Of a stretch of DNA of 34,813 nt, positions 1 through 8,768 are shown piece by piece. This stretch comes from an uncultured Ignavibacteriales bacterium (GTDB lineage: Bacteria; Zixibacteria; MSB-5A5; GN15; FEB-12): assembly GCA_964642435.1 (NCBI GenBank), contig CAZXRO010000001.1:12268-47080 (forward strand). Direction: 5' to 3'. The first letter of the stretch is position 1; every line of letters begins with the position of its first letter. A program made the translations under genes and the position numbers. The notes beneath the pieces were generated by a model. The model was given only the letters and a program-made list of their open reading frames with translations, made no database searches and was not told the DNA's origin.

Positions 1-188
1 TTGTTGGTGAAGGTCACGGCGAGGACCTGGTGCGGCTGGGCGAGACGCTGGCGGATGATATGGGCCAGACGGCGGGTGAGCACGCGTGTTTTGCCCGATC
101 CGGCGCCGGCGATTACCAGCAGGGGTCCCTCGGTTGTGGTGACGGCCTCGAGTTGCGCGTCGTTGAGGTCTTTGAGCAGTCTATCCAT
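1..188 (-). CDS. ATP-dependent DNA helicase, UvrD/PcrA/Rep family (N-terminal 62 codons; rest lies outside the window)
   Basis: The reverse complement from ATG at 188 reads [62 protein letters not shown]. This is the canonical UvrD-family N-terminus with Walker A GAGSGKT. It is absent from the ORF track (short, window-edge fragment). Confidence 0.8.
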   Translation of the reverse strand, partial: MDRLLKDLNDAQLEAVTTTEGPLLVIAGAGSGKTRVLTRRLAHIIRQRLAQPHQVLAVTFTN

Positions 189-218
189 GACCCCCTATAA
201 TAGGTGTGAGGGCGCGAT

Positions 219-1508
219 ATGCAATCATTATCCGGCTTGGAACCGGGTGCCGGGGGCAGTATATTGTTTGCAGGTCGTGATCAAAGGAGGCTGTCTACGA
301 TTTCAAGGCAAGATGAGAGATATGTTCGCCACGCCTGGTTGGTAGCGTTACTGTGTTTGATGGTGTTGGTGAGTTGCTCCGAGGACAACCTATCGGGGTC
401 GGCAGCGGATGGTCGGAGTTGGGTGCGTTGTTTCGGCGGCGATGGTGAGGAGTACGGCGAGGGGGTAGCGGTCTCGCCGGGCGGGGATGTGTATGTGACG
501 GGGTATGACGTCATCGATTACCACTGGCACAGCCAGTTGCTAATCAAGTACGACGCCAGGGGACAGATCAACTGGTCTCAAACTGCAACGCTGTTCAACA
601 GGCGCACGTCGGGACGAAGCGTGACTTGCCTGTCAGATGATGAGATACTGGTCGCCGGCGACTGCAGCACTGATAACGGCGGGTTGAGCTTCTGCGTGGT
701 CAAGTATACGTCTGACGGCGATACGTTGTTTGCCAAGGAGATTGCGAATCCGCATCGACTCGACTATCTCCACGCGTTGCACCAAACGAGTGACATGCAC
801 CTGGTATTGGTGGGGCGTACGGACTATCGCGGCATCTCGCATCACCAGATAGTGAAGATTGATGAGAGTGGAGATGTTCTCTGGCGACGAACCTTTGGGG
901 GCTACTTCGTGGATCCAATGTGCCATGCGTACCCGTTCGGTTGTACCTCCCTGCAGAACGGGGATATTATCATCGCGGGATCTCAAGCGCTTGTGTTGGA
1001 CACGGCCCTGGCTGCTCCTCATACCTGGGTGATTTGCCTCAATGCGGAAGGCACGATGCGGTGGCAGCATAGTGACAGCGGTGTTGACAGTGTTGTCGCT
1101 ACCGACATCATCGCGCTCGCCGATGGGGCACTCGCTTACTGCTATAATTCCCGGGATACATTGACCGGCTACTGGGACACCCACGTCAGAGTCCTCGATG
1201 CCGACGGCAATGAGCTGTGGGGTATGGATATGCCGACTGCCGATCGCAGCGATTACGCCACCACTATACTCGAGCCCTCCCCCGGCGTCTTCTGGTTGTT
1301 CGGTTGGACAATCGATCACGGCGTGCATATGCCGCTGATGGTACAAGTGAATCGCAACACTAATGAGTGGTGGGTGAAGTCACTGACCGAACCGCCGCCG
1401 CCAAGCGGGGCGACCGACGCCGTGTTGCATCCCGATGGTGGGGTAGTGATGACCGGCACCTGTGTGAGCTATAGCGGGGGGGTGCAGATGTGGGTACGTC
1501 GGTTCTGA
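219..1508 (+). CDS. Secreted lipoprotein with SBBP-like beta-propeller repeats (function unknown)
   Basis: Signal peptide and lipobox (WLVALLCLMVLVSC). Repeated motifs resemble SBBP repeats, e.g. GGDGEEYGEGVAVSPGGDVYVTGY. The start is uncertain: ATG 219 gives a long charged leader, and TTG 339 is an alternative. Confidence 0.6.
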   Translation: MQSLSGLEPGAGGSILFAGRDQRRLSTISRQDERYVRHAWLVALLCLMVLVSCSEDNLSGSAADGRSWVRCFGGDGEEYGEGVAVSPGGDVYVTGYDVIDYHWHSQLLIKYDARGQINWSQTATLFNRRTSGRSVTCLSDDEILVAGDCSTDNGGLSFCVVKYTSDGDTLFAKEIANPHRLDYLHALHQTSDMHLVLVGRTDYRGISHHQIVKIDESGDVLWRRTFGGYFVDPMCHAYPFGCTSLQNGDIIIAGSQALVLDTALAAPHTWVICLNAEGTMRWQHSDSGVDSVVATDIIALADGALAYCYNSRDTLTGYWDTHVRVLDADGNELWGMDMPTADRSDYATTILEPSPGVFWLFGWTIDHGVHMPLMVQVNRNTNEWWVKSLTEPPPPSGATDAVLHPDGGVVMTGTCVSYSGGVQMWVRRF

Positions 1509-1540
1509 GTTGTGGTTTGTGGCCGGTTATCTGGAGAAAC

Positions 1541-1576
1541 AAAAGCGCCGCCCGTATTTGAGCGGCGCCTTTTTTT
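1541..1576. terminator. Bidirectional rho-independent terminator between convergent genes
   Basis: AAAA-GCGCCGC (1545-1551), loop, GCGGCGC (1562-1568), then C and a T-run (1570-1576). An A-tract on one side and a T-tract on the other let it serve both the lipoprotein gene and rpmA. Confidence 0.7.
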
Positions 1577-1597
1577 GCGAAAGCTTGTGGTCGGGTC

Positions 1598-1864
1598 TCA
1601 GGCCTGCGCCTCCGGACCGTAAACAGACACCCGCTTGCCGCTCTTGCCGACACGTTCGAACTTGACGATACCATCGACTTTGGCAAACAGGGTGTTATCG
1701 CGGCCGATACCGACATTCTGGCCGGGGTGGATTTTCGTGCCGCACTGGCGGACGATAATCGATCCGGCCGGGACGGCCTCGCCGCCGTAGACCTTGGTGC
1801 CTCGTCGCTGGGCATTTGAGTCACGCCCGTTCTTCGAGGAACCGACACCTTTCTTGTGAGCCAT
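1598..1864 (-). CDS. rpmA: 50S ribosomal protein L27
   Basis: [28 protein letters not shown]...[25 protein letters not shown] is a near-consensus L27 sequence. Confidence 0.97.
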   Translation of the reverse strand: MAHKKGVGSSKNGRDSNAQRRGTKVYGGEAVPAGSIIVRQCGTKIHPGQNVGIGRDNTLFAKVDGIVKFERVGKSGKRVSVYGPEAQA

Positions 1865-2060
1865 GATAAACCTCTATGGTTCAACGTTCGTTCTTTTCGA
1901 GTCTATAGATAACATATCGCCCTCGTGGGCGATTGCTACAGCCCTGTATAATAGTCAATTTCGCCGCGCGCGCAAGCGATTTTGACAAATGCCTGCGGCA
2001 TTTACAGTTATAGTCGTGTGTTGGGTGTCGGGTTCGCCTTAAGGCAGCAGCTTCGTCAGG

Positions 2061-4211
2061 TCAGGAGGTCGCCTCTTCGCCTTCGCGGCGGTTTTCATCG
2101 AGCAGACGGCAGCCTTCCATGAGAATGGACTCGTTGGAAAGTTCGTTGTTCGGTTCGGGCAGCTCCTCGCGGCCGACCGGTTCGACGAGCCAATGTCCTT
2201 GTGACCACGCGATGGCGTCGTAGACGGCCTCGGGGCCGGTTACCTCGCCGCATCGGGCATAGTGGATTTGTCCCTTGGAGAGGAACATGATCAGTTCACC
2301 GGTGCGATCGTGGTTGCTGAGGGTGAGCTTGGCGGTCTTGCGGCTTGGTCCGAGGGCCTGCAGCAGATCGATCAGGTTCATGTCGGAGAGGCGGCCGCGG
2401 GATCCGGACTGGTTTTCGACTGTCTGGCGCTGGACGCGAGCCTGCTCCTCGGCCTGGGCGCGGATTTTTTGCATTTTGATCAGCAGGAAGTCGATATTGA
2501 CATCGTGCGCAATGATATCCTCGATTCCGCGGTCGAACAATTCGGTCAGGCGCGAGGTGGCGGCGCTGGGGACCAGAAGGAAAGTGGGGACATTGCGGAA
2601 GTTGACATTGTCGGCGGCGAGTTTGTCGACGAATTCGACGATACTATCGGGGGCGCCATCAAGCATGAGCACGAGCATATCGGGCTGGCTGCGCAGCCAG
2701 AGGTCGACGAGAGCCTCTGGGGAGTCCTCGCAGATGACATTGTATCCCTCGTTCTTGAGACGCATCTCGACCGAGCCGAGTTTTTGCTGCACGTTGCCGA
2801 AGAGCATGATCTGGCCGAACTTGTCGGAGGCGTGGACCTTGAGGATGTCATCCTGGATCATACCGATGAAGGCCTCGACTACCTCGGTCAGGAACAGCTT
2901 GCCGGCGAGGTCACGGAATTTGCGCTTGATGGCATCGAACTTGTCCAGTGACAGCCTCTGATCCAGGGGGACATTGTCGCAGAACAAATCGACGATGGTG
3001 AGGATATTGCCGCCGAGGACTTCAATCGGCAGGCGCTTGCGGTATTTGCCACCGAGGTTAATGTACATGGAGCGCAGCATCTCGATGGCGACCGGGGAGT
3101 AATTCAGCGAGGTCAGCAGCTTGATGGTAAGGTTGATCACGGCCCGGTAGTCCTGGCTTTCATCGGTCTGGTAATAGAACTTGGCGAGATCGTGCAGGTA
3201 GCCGGCATTGGCGATCATGAGGCGTTCTTTTTCCGGGATTTTGAGTTTCTGGCAGAGCCGATCGACATACTCGCCGACCGTCCCGGAGTGGTTAACCTCC
3301 ATATTGGAGCGCGTGGAGAGCAGCGAGGTGAACAGCTCCAGGTTCTGGAGGAGCAGTTCGCGCTCGGTGCTGACGGCGTCTTCATGGAGGATCAGCGACG
3401 AGGAGGACTCATAGTAGCGGACGACGGTCCCGGGCGAGATTTTGCGGACGCGATCGATGAGGTCGATATAGTCGCCGCTGACGGTGTCCTTGATGAACAC
3501 GGTGTGGAAGCGGGTATCGCCGATCAGGTCGATGGCGTCATCGGCGGAATCTGTCACGGTGACGAGGTATTCATCGCGTTCGAGCAGGGACTGCAGCAGC
3601 GGCCCGGAGAATTCTTCATCGGTAACCAACAGGATATGGCCTTTGCCGGTGACCTTGATAGATCCGGTATCGGAGTTATCGGGGTCCCAGACAGGTATCC
3701 GGCCGGTGTCGGTGGCCTCGTTAGGGATTTCCAGCGCGAGCAGTTCTTCGAGGCTGATCTTCTTGCCCTGGTAGTGGCGAGCGATGGAGGCCCTCAGGGC
3801 GATCTCGGCGGCGACATACAGTTTAACCTGTTTTCCGCGGGCGACGAAATTGAGCTCGTTGATCAGGTCCTGGTCTGAGGGATCCTCGCAGGCGACCTTG
3901 AGTTCGTTGGACTCAGGGTTATAATCAAAGGGGAGCACTTTGCGGGCGATGGCAACCTTGGCGGGGAGGAATTTCAGGATGAGGTCGGGGATTTCGAGGT
4001 TGGCCAGCACGACCCCCTCGCAGCCGAACTGTTTGGCGAGGACCTTGACCAGGTCGGCCTCGGTCAGGTAGCGGTGGTACAGCAACTGCGAGCCGACCTT
4101 GCCACCCTGGGCCTTCTGGCGCATGAGCGCTTCCTTGAGTTGATCCTCAGAGACCAGTCCCTCGCGCAGGAGGATCTGGTCGAGCCGTAGTTTTTGTGTT
4201 CCCTCGCCCAC
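2061..4211 (-). CDS. Multidomain signalling protein: MshEN/T2SSE_N-like c-di-GMP-binding N-domain, receiver-like domain, degenerate HD(-GYP)-like domain, second pseudo-receiver, C-terminal DUF4388/PATAN-like domain
   Basis: N-terminus RLDQILLREGLVSEDQLKEALMRQ-KAQGG-KVGSQLLYHRYLTEADLVKVLAKQ. Receiver-like block HILLVTDEE...TVFIKD. HD motif AGYLHDLAK. Second receiver-like block lacks the acidic pair (MLFGNVQQ...LVLMLDG). C-terminus GRLSDMNLIDLLQALGPSRKTAKLTL...GQIHYARCGEVTGPEAVYDAIAWSQGHW is typical of DUF4388. The GTG start shares one nucleotide with the pilT stop (TAGTG). Confidence 0.8.
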   Translation of the reverse strand: MGEGTQKLRLDQILLREGLVSEDQLKEALMRQKAQGGKVGSQLLYHRYLTEADLVKVLAKQFGCEGVVLANLEIPDLILKFLPAKVAIARKVLPFDYNPESNELKVACEDPSDQDLINELNFVARGKQVKLYVAAEIALRASIARHYQGKKISLEELLALEIPNEATDTGRIPVWDPDNSDTGSIKVTGKGHILLVTDEEFSGPLLQSLLERDEYLVTVTDSADDAIDLIGDTRFHTVFIKDTVSGDYIDLIDRVRKISPGTVVRYYESSSSLILHEDAVSTERELLLQNLELFTSLLSTRSNMEVNHSGTVGEYVDRLCQKLKIPEKERLMIANAGYLHDLAKFYYQTDESQDYRAVINLTIKLLTSLNYSPVAIEMLRSMYINLGGKYRKRLPIEVLGGNILTIVDLFCDNVPLDQRLSLDKFDAIKRKFRDLAGKLFLTEVVEAFIGMIQDDILKVHASDKFGQIMLFGNVQQKLGSVEMRLKNEGYNVICEDSPEALVDLWLRSQPDMLVLMLDGAPDSIVEFVDKLAADNVNFRNVPTFLLVPSAATSRLTELFDRGIEDIIAHDVNIDFLLIKMQKIRAQAEEQARVQRQTVENQSGSRGRLSDMNLIDLLQALGPSRKTAKLTLSNHDRTGELIMFLSKGQIHYARCGEVTGPEAVYDAIAWSQGHWLVEPVGREELPEPNNELSNESILMEGCRLLDENRREGEEATS

Positions 4212-5293
4212 TATGCATCTGCCATTTCAGGTTCGTGTTCGCTCGTGCGCGCCAGGAAGGAGTCGGGGTTATTGGCGACACGGATAGCTTCGGCGGAGTC
4301 GATCTGGCCGGAGTCCAACAGCGCCTTGAGGTGATTGTCGAGCAGGCGCATGCCTTTCTTGCGTCCGGTCTGGATCTGGTTGGGGATCTGGTAGGACTTG
4401 TGCTCGCGGATGAGATTAGTGATGGAGGTTGTCCGCAGCATGAGTTCATAGGCCATGACCCGTCCGTGACCATCGGTGCGCCGCACCAGTTGCTGCGACA
4501 CGACTCCCTGGAGGGAATCGGCCAGCATGACACGGACCTGCTGTTGTTGATCGGGCGGGAAGACATCGACGACGCGGTCAACCGTTGCTGATGCGGAGCA
4601 CGTGTGGAGGGTGCCCATGACCAACAAACCGACCTCGGCGGCGGTGATAGCCAGTTGGATGGTTTCGGTGTCTCGCATCTCCCCCACCATGATAACATCG
4701 GGATCCTCGCGCAGGGCCGCTCTGAGGGCGGCGCCGAATGTTTGCGAATGGACGCCTATCTGGCGCTGGGAGATAAGCGAGTTGTGGCTTTCGTGCACGT
4801 ATTCAATGGGATCCTCAAGGGTTACCACATGGCGACAGCAGTTGGTGTTGATATGGTCGACCATCGCGGCGAGGGTCGTCGTCTTGCCGGAATTGGTCGG
4901 GCCGGTAACCAGTACCAGACCGGATTTGAGCTGGGCCAGACCGGTGACATGTTCGCAGAAGCCGAGATCTGCCAACGATGGCGGGTTGTCGGGGATGAGC
5001 CTGACGGCGACGGCCGGGCCGAGGTGCATCATGTACAAGTTAATTCGGAAGCGGGCCACTTTGGGTACGCCGTAGGCGAAATCCAGATCGCCGGTTGATT
5101 CGAATCGTCGAATCTGTTCATCGGTGAGGATCTCGAAGACCAACTGGCGAATATTATCGGCCGAGAGCCGTTTGTGGCGGGTCTTTTCGAGTTGACCGTT
5201 GATTCTGACGACCGGAACGCTTCCGGCTGCCAGGTGGAGGTCGGAAGCGTTGGCTGTCTTTACGATCTCCAATATCTCATCTATGCGTGGCAT
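4211..5293 (-). CDS. pilT: Type IV pilus retraction (twitching motility) ATPase PilT
   Basis: ASDLHL..G..P..RI.G motif, Walker A GPTNSGKTTT, EDPIEY, Asp-box/Walker B DPDVIMVGEMRD and His-box GTLHT. The 360-aa length is typical of PilT/PilU. Confidence 0.95.
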   Translation of the reverse strand: MPRIDEILEIVKTANASDLHLAAGSVPVVRINGQLEKTRHKRLSADNIRQLVFEILTDEQIRRFESTGDLDFAYGVPKVARFRINLYMMHLGPAVAVRLIPDNPPSLADLGFCEHVTGLAQLKSGLVLVTGPTNSGKTTTLAAMVDHINTNCCRHVVTLEDPIEYVHESHNSLISQRQIGVHSQTFGAALRAALREDPDVIMVGEMRDTETIQLAITAAEVGLLVMGTLHTCSASATVDRVVDVFPPDQQQQVRVMLADSLQGVVSQQLVRRTDGHGRVMAYELMLRTTSITNLIREHKSYQIPNQIQTGRKKGMRLLDNHLKALLDSGQIDSAEAIRVANNPDSFLARTSEHEPEMADA

Positions 5294-5516
5294 ATCTGTC
5301 CCAAATATCCGGTTAGGGAGGTAGACTGCTGTCTATTGAGTTATCGGCCAAATGCAACATGCCTTGACAGTTGTGCGCAAAACTCTTCGGTGGAAGGTGA
5401 CGGGGCTGGTGCTGTTCAATTTTTGCACAGCGGTCATGAAGCGGCAAAGCCGATTGGATTGGCCGGTCGGCTGTTTTTAGTTGCCGCCGGGTCGGTGGCG
5501 GGGCGATACTCAAACC

Positions 5517-5882
5517 ATGTCGCGGCGAGTGAAAAAGAAGGCCTCATTGTTTGCGCCACTGGCAGAGAACCTGGCGGGACGACTGGCGAAGACGAATACA
5601 CAGACGCGTCGCCGGCTGACCCGTTGGGGCGCGTGGATATTCGCGGTGTTGTTCATTTATTCGCTGATGATTGGCACGTTTTCGATCCCGCGCATCGTGA
5701 GGCTGGAGGCGGAGCGCCGGCACCTGTTGACAGCCAACAGGTTACAGGCGGCAGCGTTGATCGATGCCTGCCGGGTGCGGGATATGCTCAGGCACGACGA
5801 GTTGTATATCGAGCAGATTGCCCGCCAGAAGTTCCATTTGGTCTATCCCGATGAAACCCTCTACCGTTACAGCGATCAATAG
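5517..5882 (+). CDS. ftsB: Septum formation initiator family protein (FtsB/DivIC)
   Basis: Single TM segment (WGAWIFAVLFIYSLMIGTF), then a coiled coil, then the C-terminal motif YIEQIARQKFHLVYPDETLYRY. Start chosen at ATG 5517 (MSRRVKKK) inside the 5481 ORF. Confidence 0.8.
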   Translation: MSRRVKKKASLFAPLAENLAGRLAKTNTQTRRRLTRWGAWIFAVLFIYSLMIGTFSIPRIVRLEAERRHLLTANRLQAAALIDACRVRDMLRHDELYIEQIARQKFHLVYPDETLYRYSDQ

Positions 5883-5888
5883 CGCGTT

Positions 5889-6689
5889 ATGGCTCTTCAG
5901 AAATCGGATGCTATTGTCCTGAAAGCCTACAACTGGTCTGAGTCTTCGCGGACGATAGTCTTTTTCACGCGTGATTTTGGGCGGCTGGCCTTGATTGACA
6001 AGGGGGGGCGGTCATTGAAATCGCGGCGGGGGCGAATGCTGGCCTTCTCGAAGCTGGAGGTGACGTTTTACCAGTCGCACAAGGAGTCCAGCGGGTATAT
6101 CTCGGATATTCTTGTGGAGCAGTCCTTTGAGTTTGGCCGCGAGGGCATGCTGGGGAGGCTCGGCTATGGGTCGGCGGCGTGTGAACTGCTGCTTTTGCTG
6201 CTGGCCGATGAAGAGCCACAGCCGGAGTTGTTCGACTATACGGTGCACTACCTCGGCTGGCTGGACCGGGCCGACAAGCGGTACCTTCCGGCGTTGTTTG
6301 TGGCCTTCTTTTTGCGGTTGCTGTCAAGCCTGGGGTATCATCCCTCGCTGACACATTGTGCGGTGAGCGGCCAGCCGATTGCAGATGAGGCTGAGGCGCG
6401 GGGTGAGGTGGGCTTTTCGCCGGAACAGGGCGGAGTGGTAAGCGCTGCTTGCCAAAAGGCCGGGGATTATTATATTCGTCTGACTTATCAGAGTTTGAAA
6501 CTGCTGGTGACGCTGCAGACGGCCTCGTTGAATGAGGCGGCAACGCTGCCGATCGGATTTGTTGAGGCCGGGTTGCTGGTCGAGGCGCTGCGTCGGTTCA
6601 TGAGTTACCAGGCGGATGTTCGGGCCGATGTGAAGTCGCTCGAGTTTCTGGAAAAACTGAAAAACAGCCAAGGCGGAAACGGAAACTGA
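5889..6689 (+). CDS. recO: DNA repair protein RecO
   Basis: N-terminal OB-fold signature SDAIVLKAYNWSESSRTIVFFTRDFGRLALIDKGGRS with typical length. The start lies 6 nt after the ftsB stop. Confidence 0.9.
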   Translation: MALQKSDAIVLKAYNWSESSRTIVFFTRDFGRLALIDKGGRSLKSRRGRMLAFSKLEVTFYQSHKESSGYISDILVEQSFEFGREGMLGRLGYGSAACELLLLLLADEEPQPELFDYTVHYLGWLDRADKRYLPALFVAFFLRLLSSLGYHPSLTHCAVSGQPIADEAEARGEVGFSPEQGGVVSAACQKAGDYYIRLTYQSLKLLVTLQTASLNEAATLPIGFVEAGLLVEALRRFMSYQADVRADVKSLEFLEKLKNSQGGNGN

Positions 6690-6692
6690 AGT

Positions 6693-8030
6693 ATGTGTGC
6701 CAAGAAAGCCTCCGATGACCTGATGGACAAGCTCGTCTCACTGTGTAAACGTCGCGGATACATCTTCCCTTCTTCCGAGATTTATGGCGGCCTGAGTTCC
6801 TGCTACGACTACGGGCCCTTAGGCTCGGAGCTCAAGCGCAATTTGAAGACGTTCTGGTGGGAGGAGATGACGACCCGCCGGGATGATATCGAGGGACTCG
6901 ATGCGTCCATTTTGATGCATCCGCAGGTGTGGCATACGTCAGGGCACGTGACAGAGTTTTCCGATCCGATGGTAGATTGCCGGACGTGCAAGGCGCGTTT
7001 CCGGGCGGATCAACTGGACCAGGCGCGTTGTCCCAACAAGCCATCGAAGAGCCCGATCGAGAACGGGTGCGATTTGACGGAGGTCAAGCAGTTCAATCTG
7101 ATGTTCAAGACACACATGGGCCCGGTAGAAAACGAGGCGGCTGTCACGTACATGCGGCCGGAGACAGCCCAGGGTATTTATGTGAACTTCCTGAATGTGA
7201 AGAATTCCTCGCGCCAGAAGATACCATTTGGTATCGCCCAGATCGGCAAGGCGTTCCGCAACGAGATCACGCCGGGGAACTTCATATTCCGTACGCGCGA
7301 GTTCGAGCAGATGGAGATGCAGTATTTCGTGCACCCCTCGGAGGACGAGAAGTGGTTTGAGTACTGGCGCGAGCAGCGCTGGGAGTTCTATTTGAAGCTG
7401 GGGATTCGTCCGGAGAAACTGCGCTGGCATGAGCATGCGGAGGATGAGCTGGCTCACTACGCCAAGGCGGCATACGATGTTGAGTACGAGTATCCGTTTG
7501 GCTGGCAGGAGCTTGAGGGTGTTCACAACCGCACGGATTTTGATCTCACGCGGCATATGGAAGCAACCAAGAAGGACCTTCGGTATCAGGACGAGCGATT
7601 CGACGAGAAATTCCTGCCGTATATCATCGAGACCTCGGCCGGCTGTGACCGGACGATCCTGACGCTGCTGGTGGATGCCTACGATGAGGTTGAGGTCAAG
7701 GGCGAGAAGCGGGTGTTTTTGCGATTGTCACCGAAGATATCGCCAATCAAAGCGGCGGTGTTCCCGCTTGTGAAGAAGGACGGCATGCCTGAGTACGCCG
7801 AGAAGGTGTACCAGGAACTGAAGCGGCATTTCAAGGTGTTTTATGATGTTTCCGGGGCGGTGGGTCGGCGTTATGCCCGGATGGACGAGGCGGGGTGTCC
7901 GTTCTGCATAACCGTTGATGGCCAGACGATCGAGGATGATACGATGACGCTTCGTGACCGCGATACGATGGAACAGAGGCGGATGACGACTGCCGAGGTT
8001 ATAGCGTTCCTTGCCGAGAAGGTGCGTTGA
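6693..8030 (+). CDS. glyQS: Glycine--tRNA ligase (dimeric class II GlyQS type)
   Basis: LVSLCKRRGYIFPSSEIYGGLSSCYDYGPLGSELKRNLKTFWW, plus RPETAQG and FRNEITP class II motifs. An alternative start at ATG 6723 is possible. Confidence 0.95.
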   Translation: MCAKKASDDLMDKLVSLCKRRGYIFPSSEIYGGLSSCYDYGPLGSELKRNLKTFWWEEMTTRRDDIEGLDASILMHPQVWHTSGHVTEFSDPMVDCRTCKARFRADQLDQARCPNKPSKSPIENGCDLTEVKQFNLMFKTHMGPVENEAAVTYMRPETAQGIYVNFLNVKNSSRQKIPFGIAQIGKAFRNEITPGNFIFRTREFEQMEMQYFVHPSEDEKWFEYWREQRWEFYLKLGIRPEKLRWHEHAEDELAHYAKAAYDVEYEYPFGWQELEGVHNRTDFDLTRHMEATKKDLRYQDERFDEKFLPYIIETSAGCDRTILTLLVDAYDEVEVKGEKRVFLRLSPKISPIKAAVFPLVKKDGMPEYAEKVYQELKRHFKVFYDVSGAVGRRYARMDEAGCPFCITVDGQTIEDDTMTLRDRDTMEQRRMTTAEVIAFLAEKVR

Positions 8031-8159
8031 TTAAGCTAACTGGTTAGTGGCAGAGGTCTTGCGGGTTGGGCCGTGATTTTGGATAGAAGCTTCCCTTGCT
8101 CGCCGTTGTGGGGCCGGCGAGGACGAAGCCACCTTGGGCGGGCGGCTATCGGCCAGAGA

Positions 8160-8432
8160 CTACAAGGTCCAGAGGTGGTGTTCGAGCGCCCGGGCGATGG
8201 CTGAGATATCCGGGTACATCGGGTCATTCGGCTTTCGCGGCCGCTGTCGCTTGTCGGCAAGCTCGTGACCGTTGATGATCACTGTCGGCGACTTGACCGG
8301 CTTGACCTGCTCGACCACCTTGGCCAGGACTCCGCGGTCCTGGATGAAGCGCTTGATGAAGCGGGTAGCTTTGACCTGCCTCGGGTCTTGTGATGAATAG
8401 ATCAGACCAATTTCCATATCAGTCTCACACAA
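8160..8432 (-). CDS. Small hypothetical protein, possibly thioredoxin-fold-like but lacking a CxxC motif
   Basis: 90-aa ORF. The layout MEIGLIYSS....(alpha)...SPTVIINGHEL resembles small Thioredoxin_3-type proteins, but the redox Cys pair is replaced (SSQDPRQ). A possible promoter TTGACT-18-TTAAAT lies upstream on the minus strand. Both coding status and function are uncertain. Confidence 0.4.
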   Translation of the reverse strand: MCETDMEIGLIYSSQDPRQVKATRFIKRFIQDRGVLAKVVEQVKPVKSPTVIINGHELADKRQRPRKPNDPMYPDISAIARALEHHLWTL

Positions 8433-8768
8433 ACTCCATATTGTTGATCACATCGTATTTAAGGCTGTGGGAAGCGAGGGAGTCAAACAAAAACCCCGGT
8501 GTCGGTTTCGCGGCCCCGCATTGAGGTGTTAAGATTCCTACAACCTCGTTGCATCTTTTGTAACGCATTCGGGCAAGCGATTGTTCCGCAATAATTTGCG
8601 AGGAGCGGTGCGAAGTTGTTATGTCATTCGCTAACAAAAAGATAGCATTGCGGTGGAACTTTCGTAAGATTGGATCATTCTATCCACAAAGGAGGTGAAG
8701 GTGCCGCGATTGGTGTAGTGAAGCCTCCGGTTGCATGCTGGGACTTGATACAATGAAAGGATAGGTAT

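Noticed and set aside
1-345. 114-aa plus-strand ORF at the window start
   Set aside because: It is the shadow of the minus-strand UvrD-family N-terminus (Walker A clearly readable), and its translation is W/R-rich.
633-1346. 237-aa antisense ORF within the beta-propeller lipoprotein gene. Similar shadow ORFs occur at 2262..2961, 3192..3878, 4604..5098, 5965..6543, 6939..7556, 11910..12524, 20606..21166, 22016..22708, 26015..26839, 30197..30778 and 31065..31571.
   Set aside because: All lie opposite or out of frame to genes with clear family signatures, and their translations look like compositional artefacts.
1987-2003. Hairpin AAATGCC-N3-GGCATTT as a terminator for the pilT operon
   Set aside because: The stem is only 7 bp and AT-rich at its base, and no U-tract follows on the minus strand. 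It is mentioned in a finding but not called as a feature.
5174-5854. 226-aa plus-strand ORF spanning the pilT start, the intergenic region and ftsB
   Set aside because: It overlaps two well-supported genes and crosses a divergent promoter region. Its composition is not protein-like.
8425-8637. 70-aa TTG-initiated ORF upstream of the small thioredoxin-fold-like ORF
   Set aside because: Weak start codon, no SD and no recognisable features. The region is more likely non-coding.
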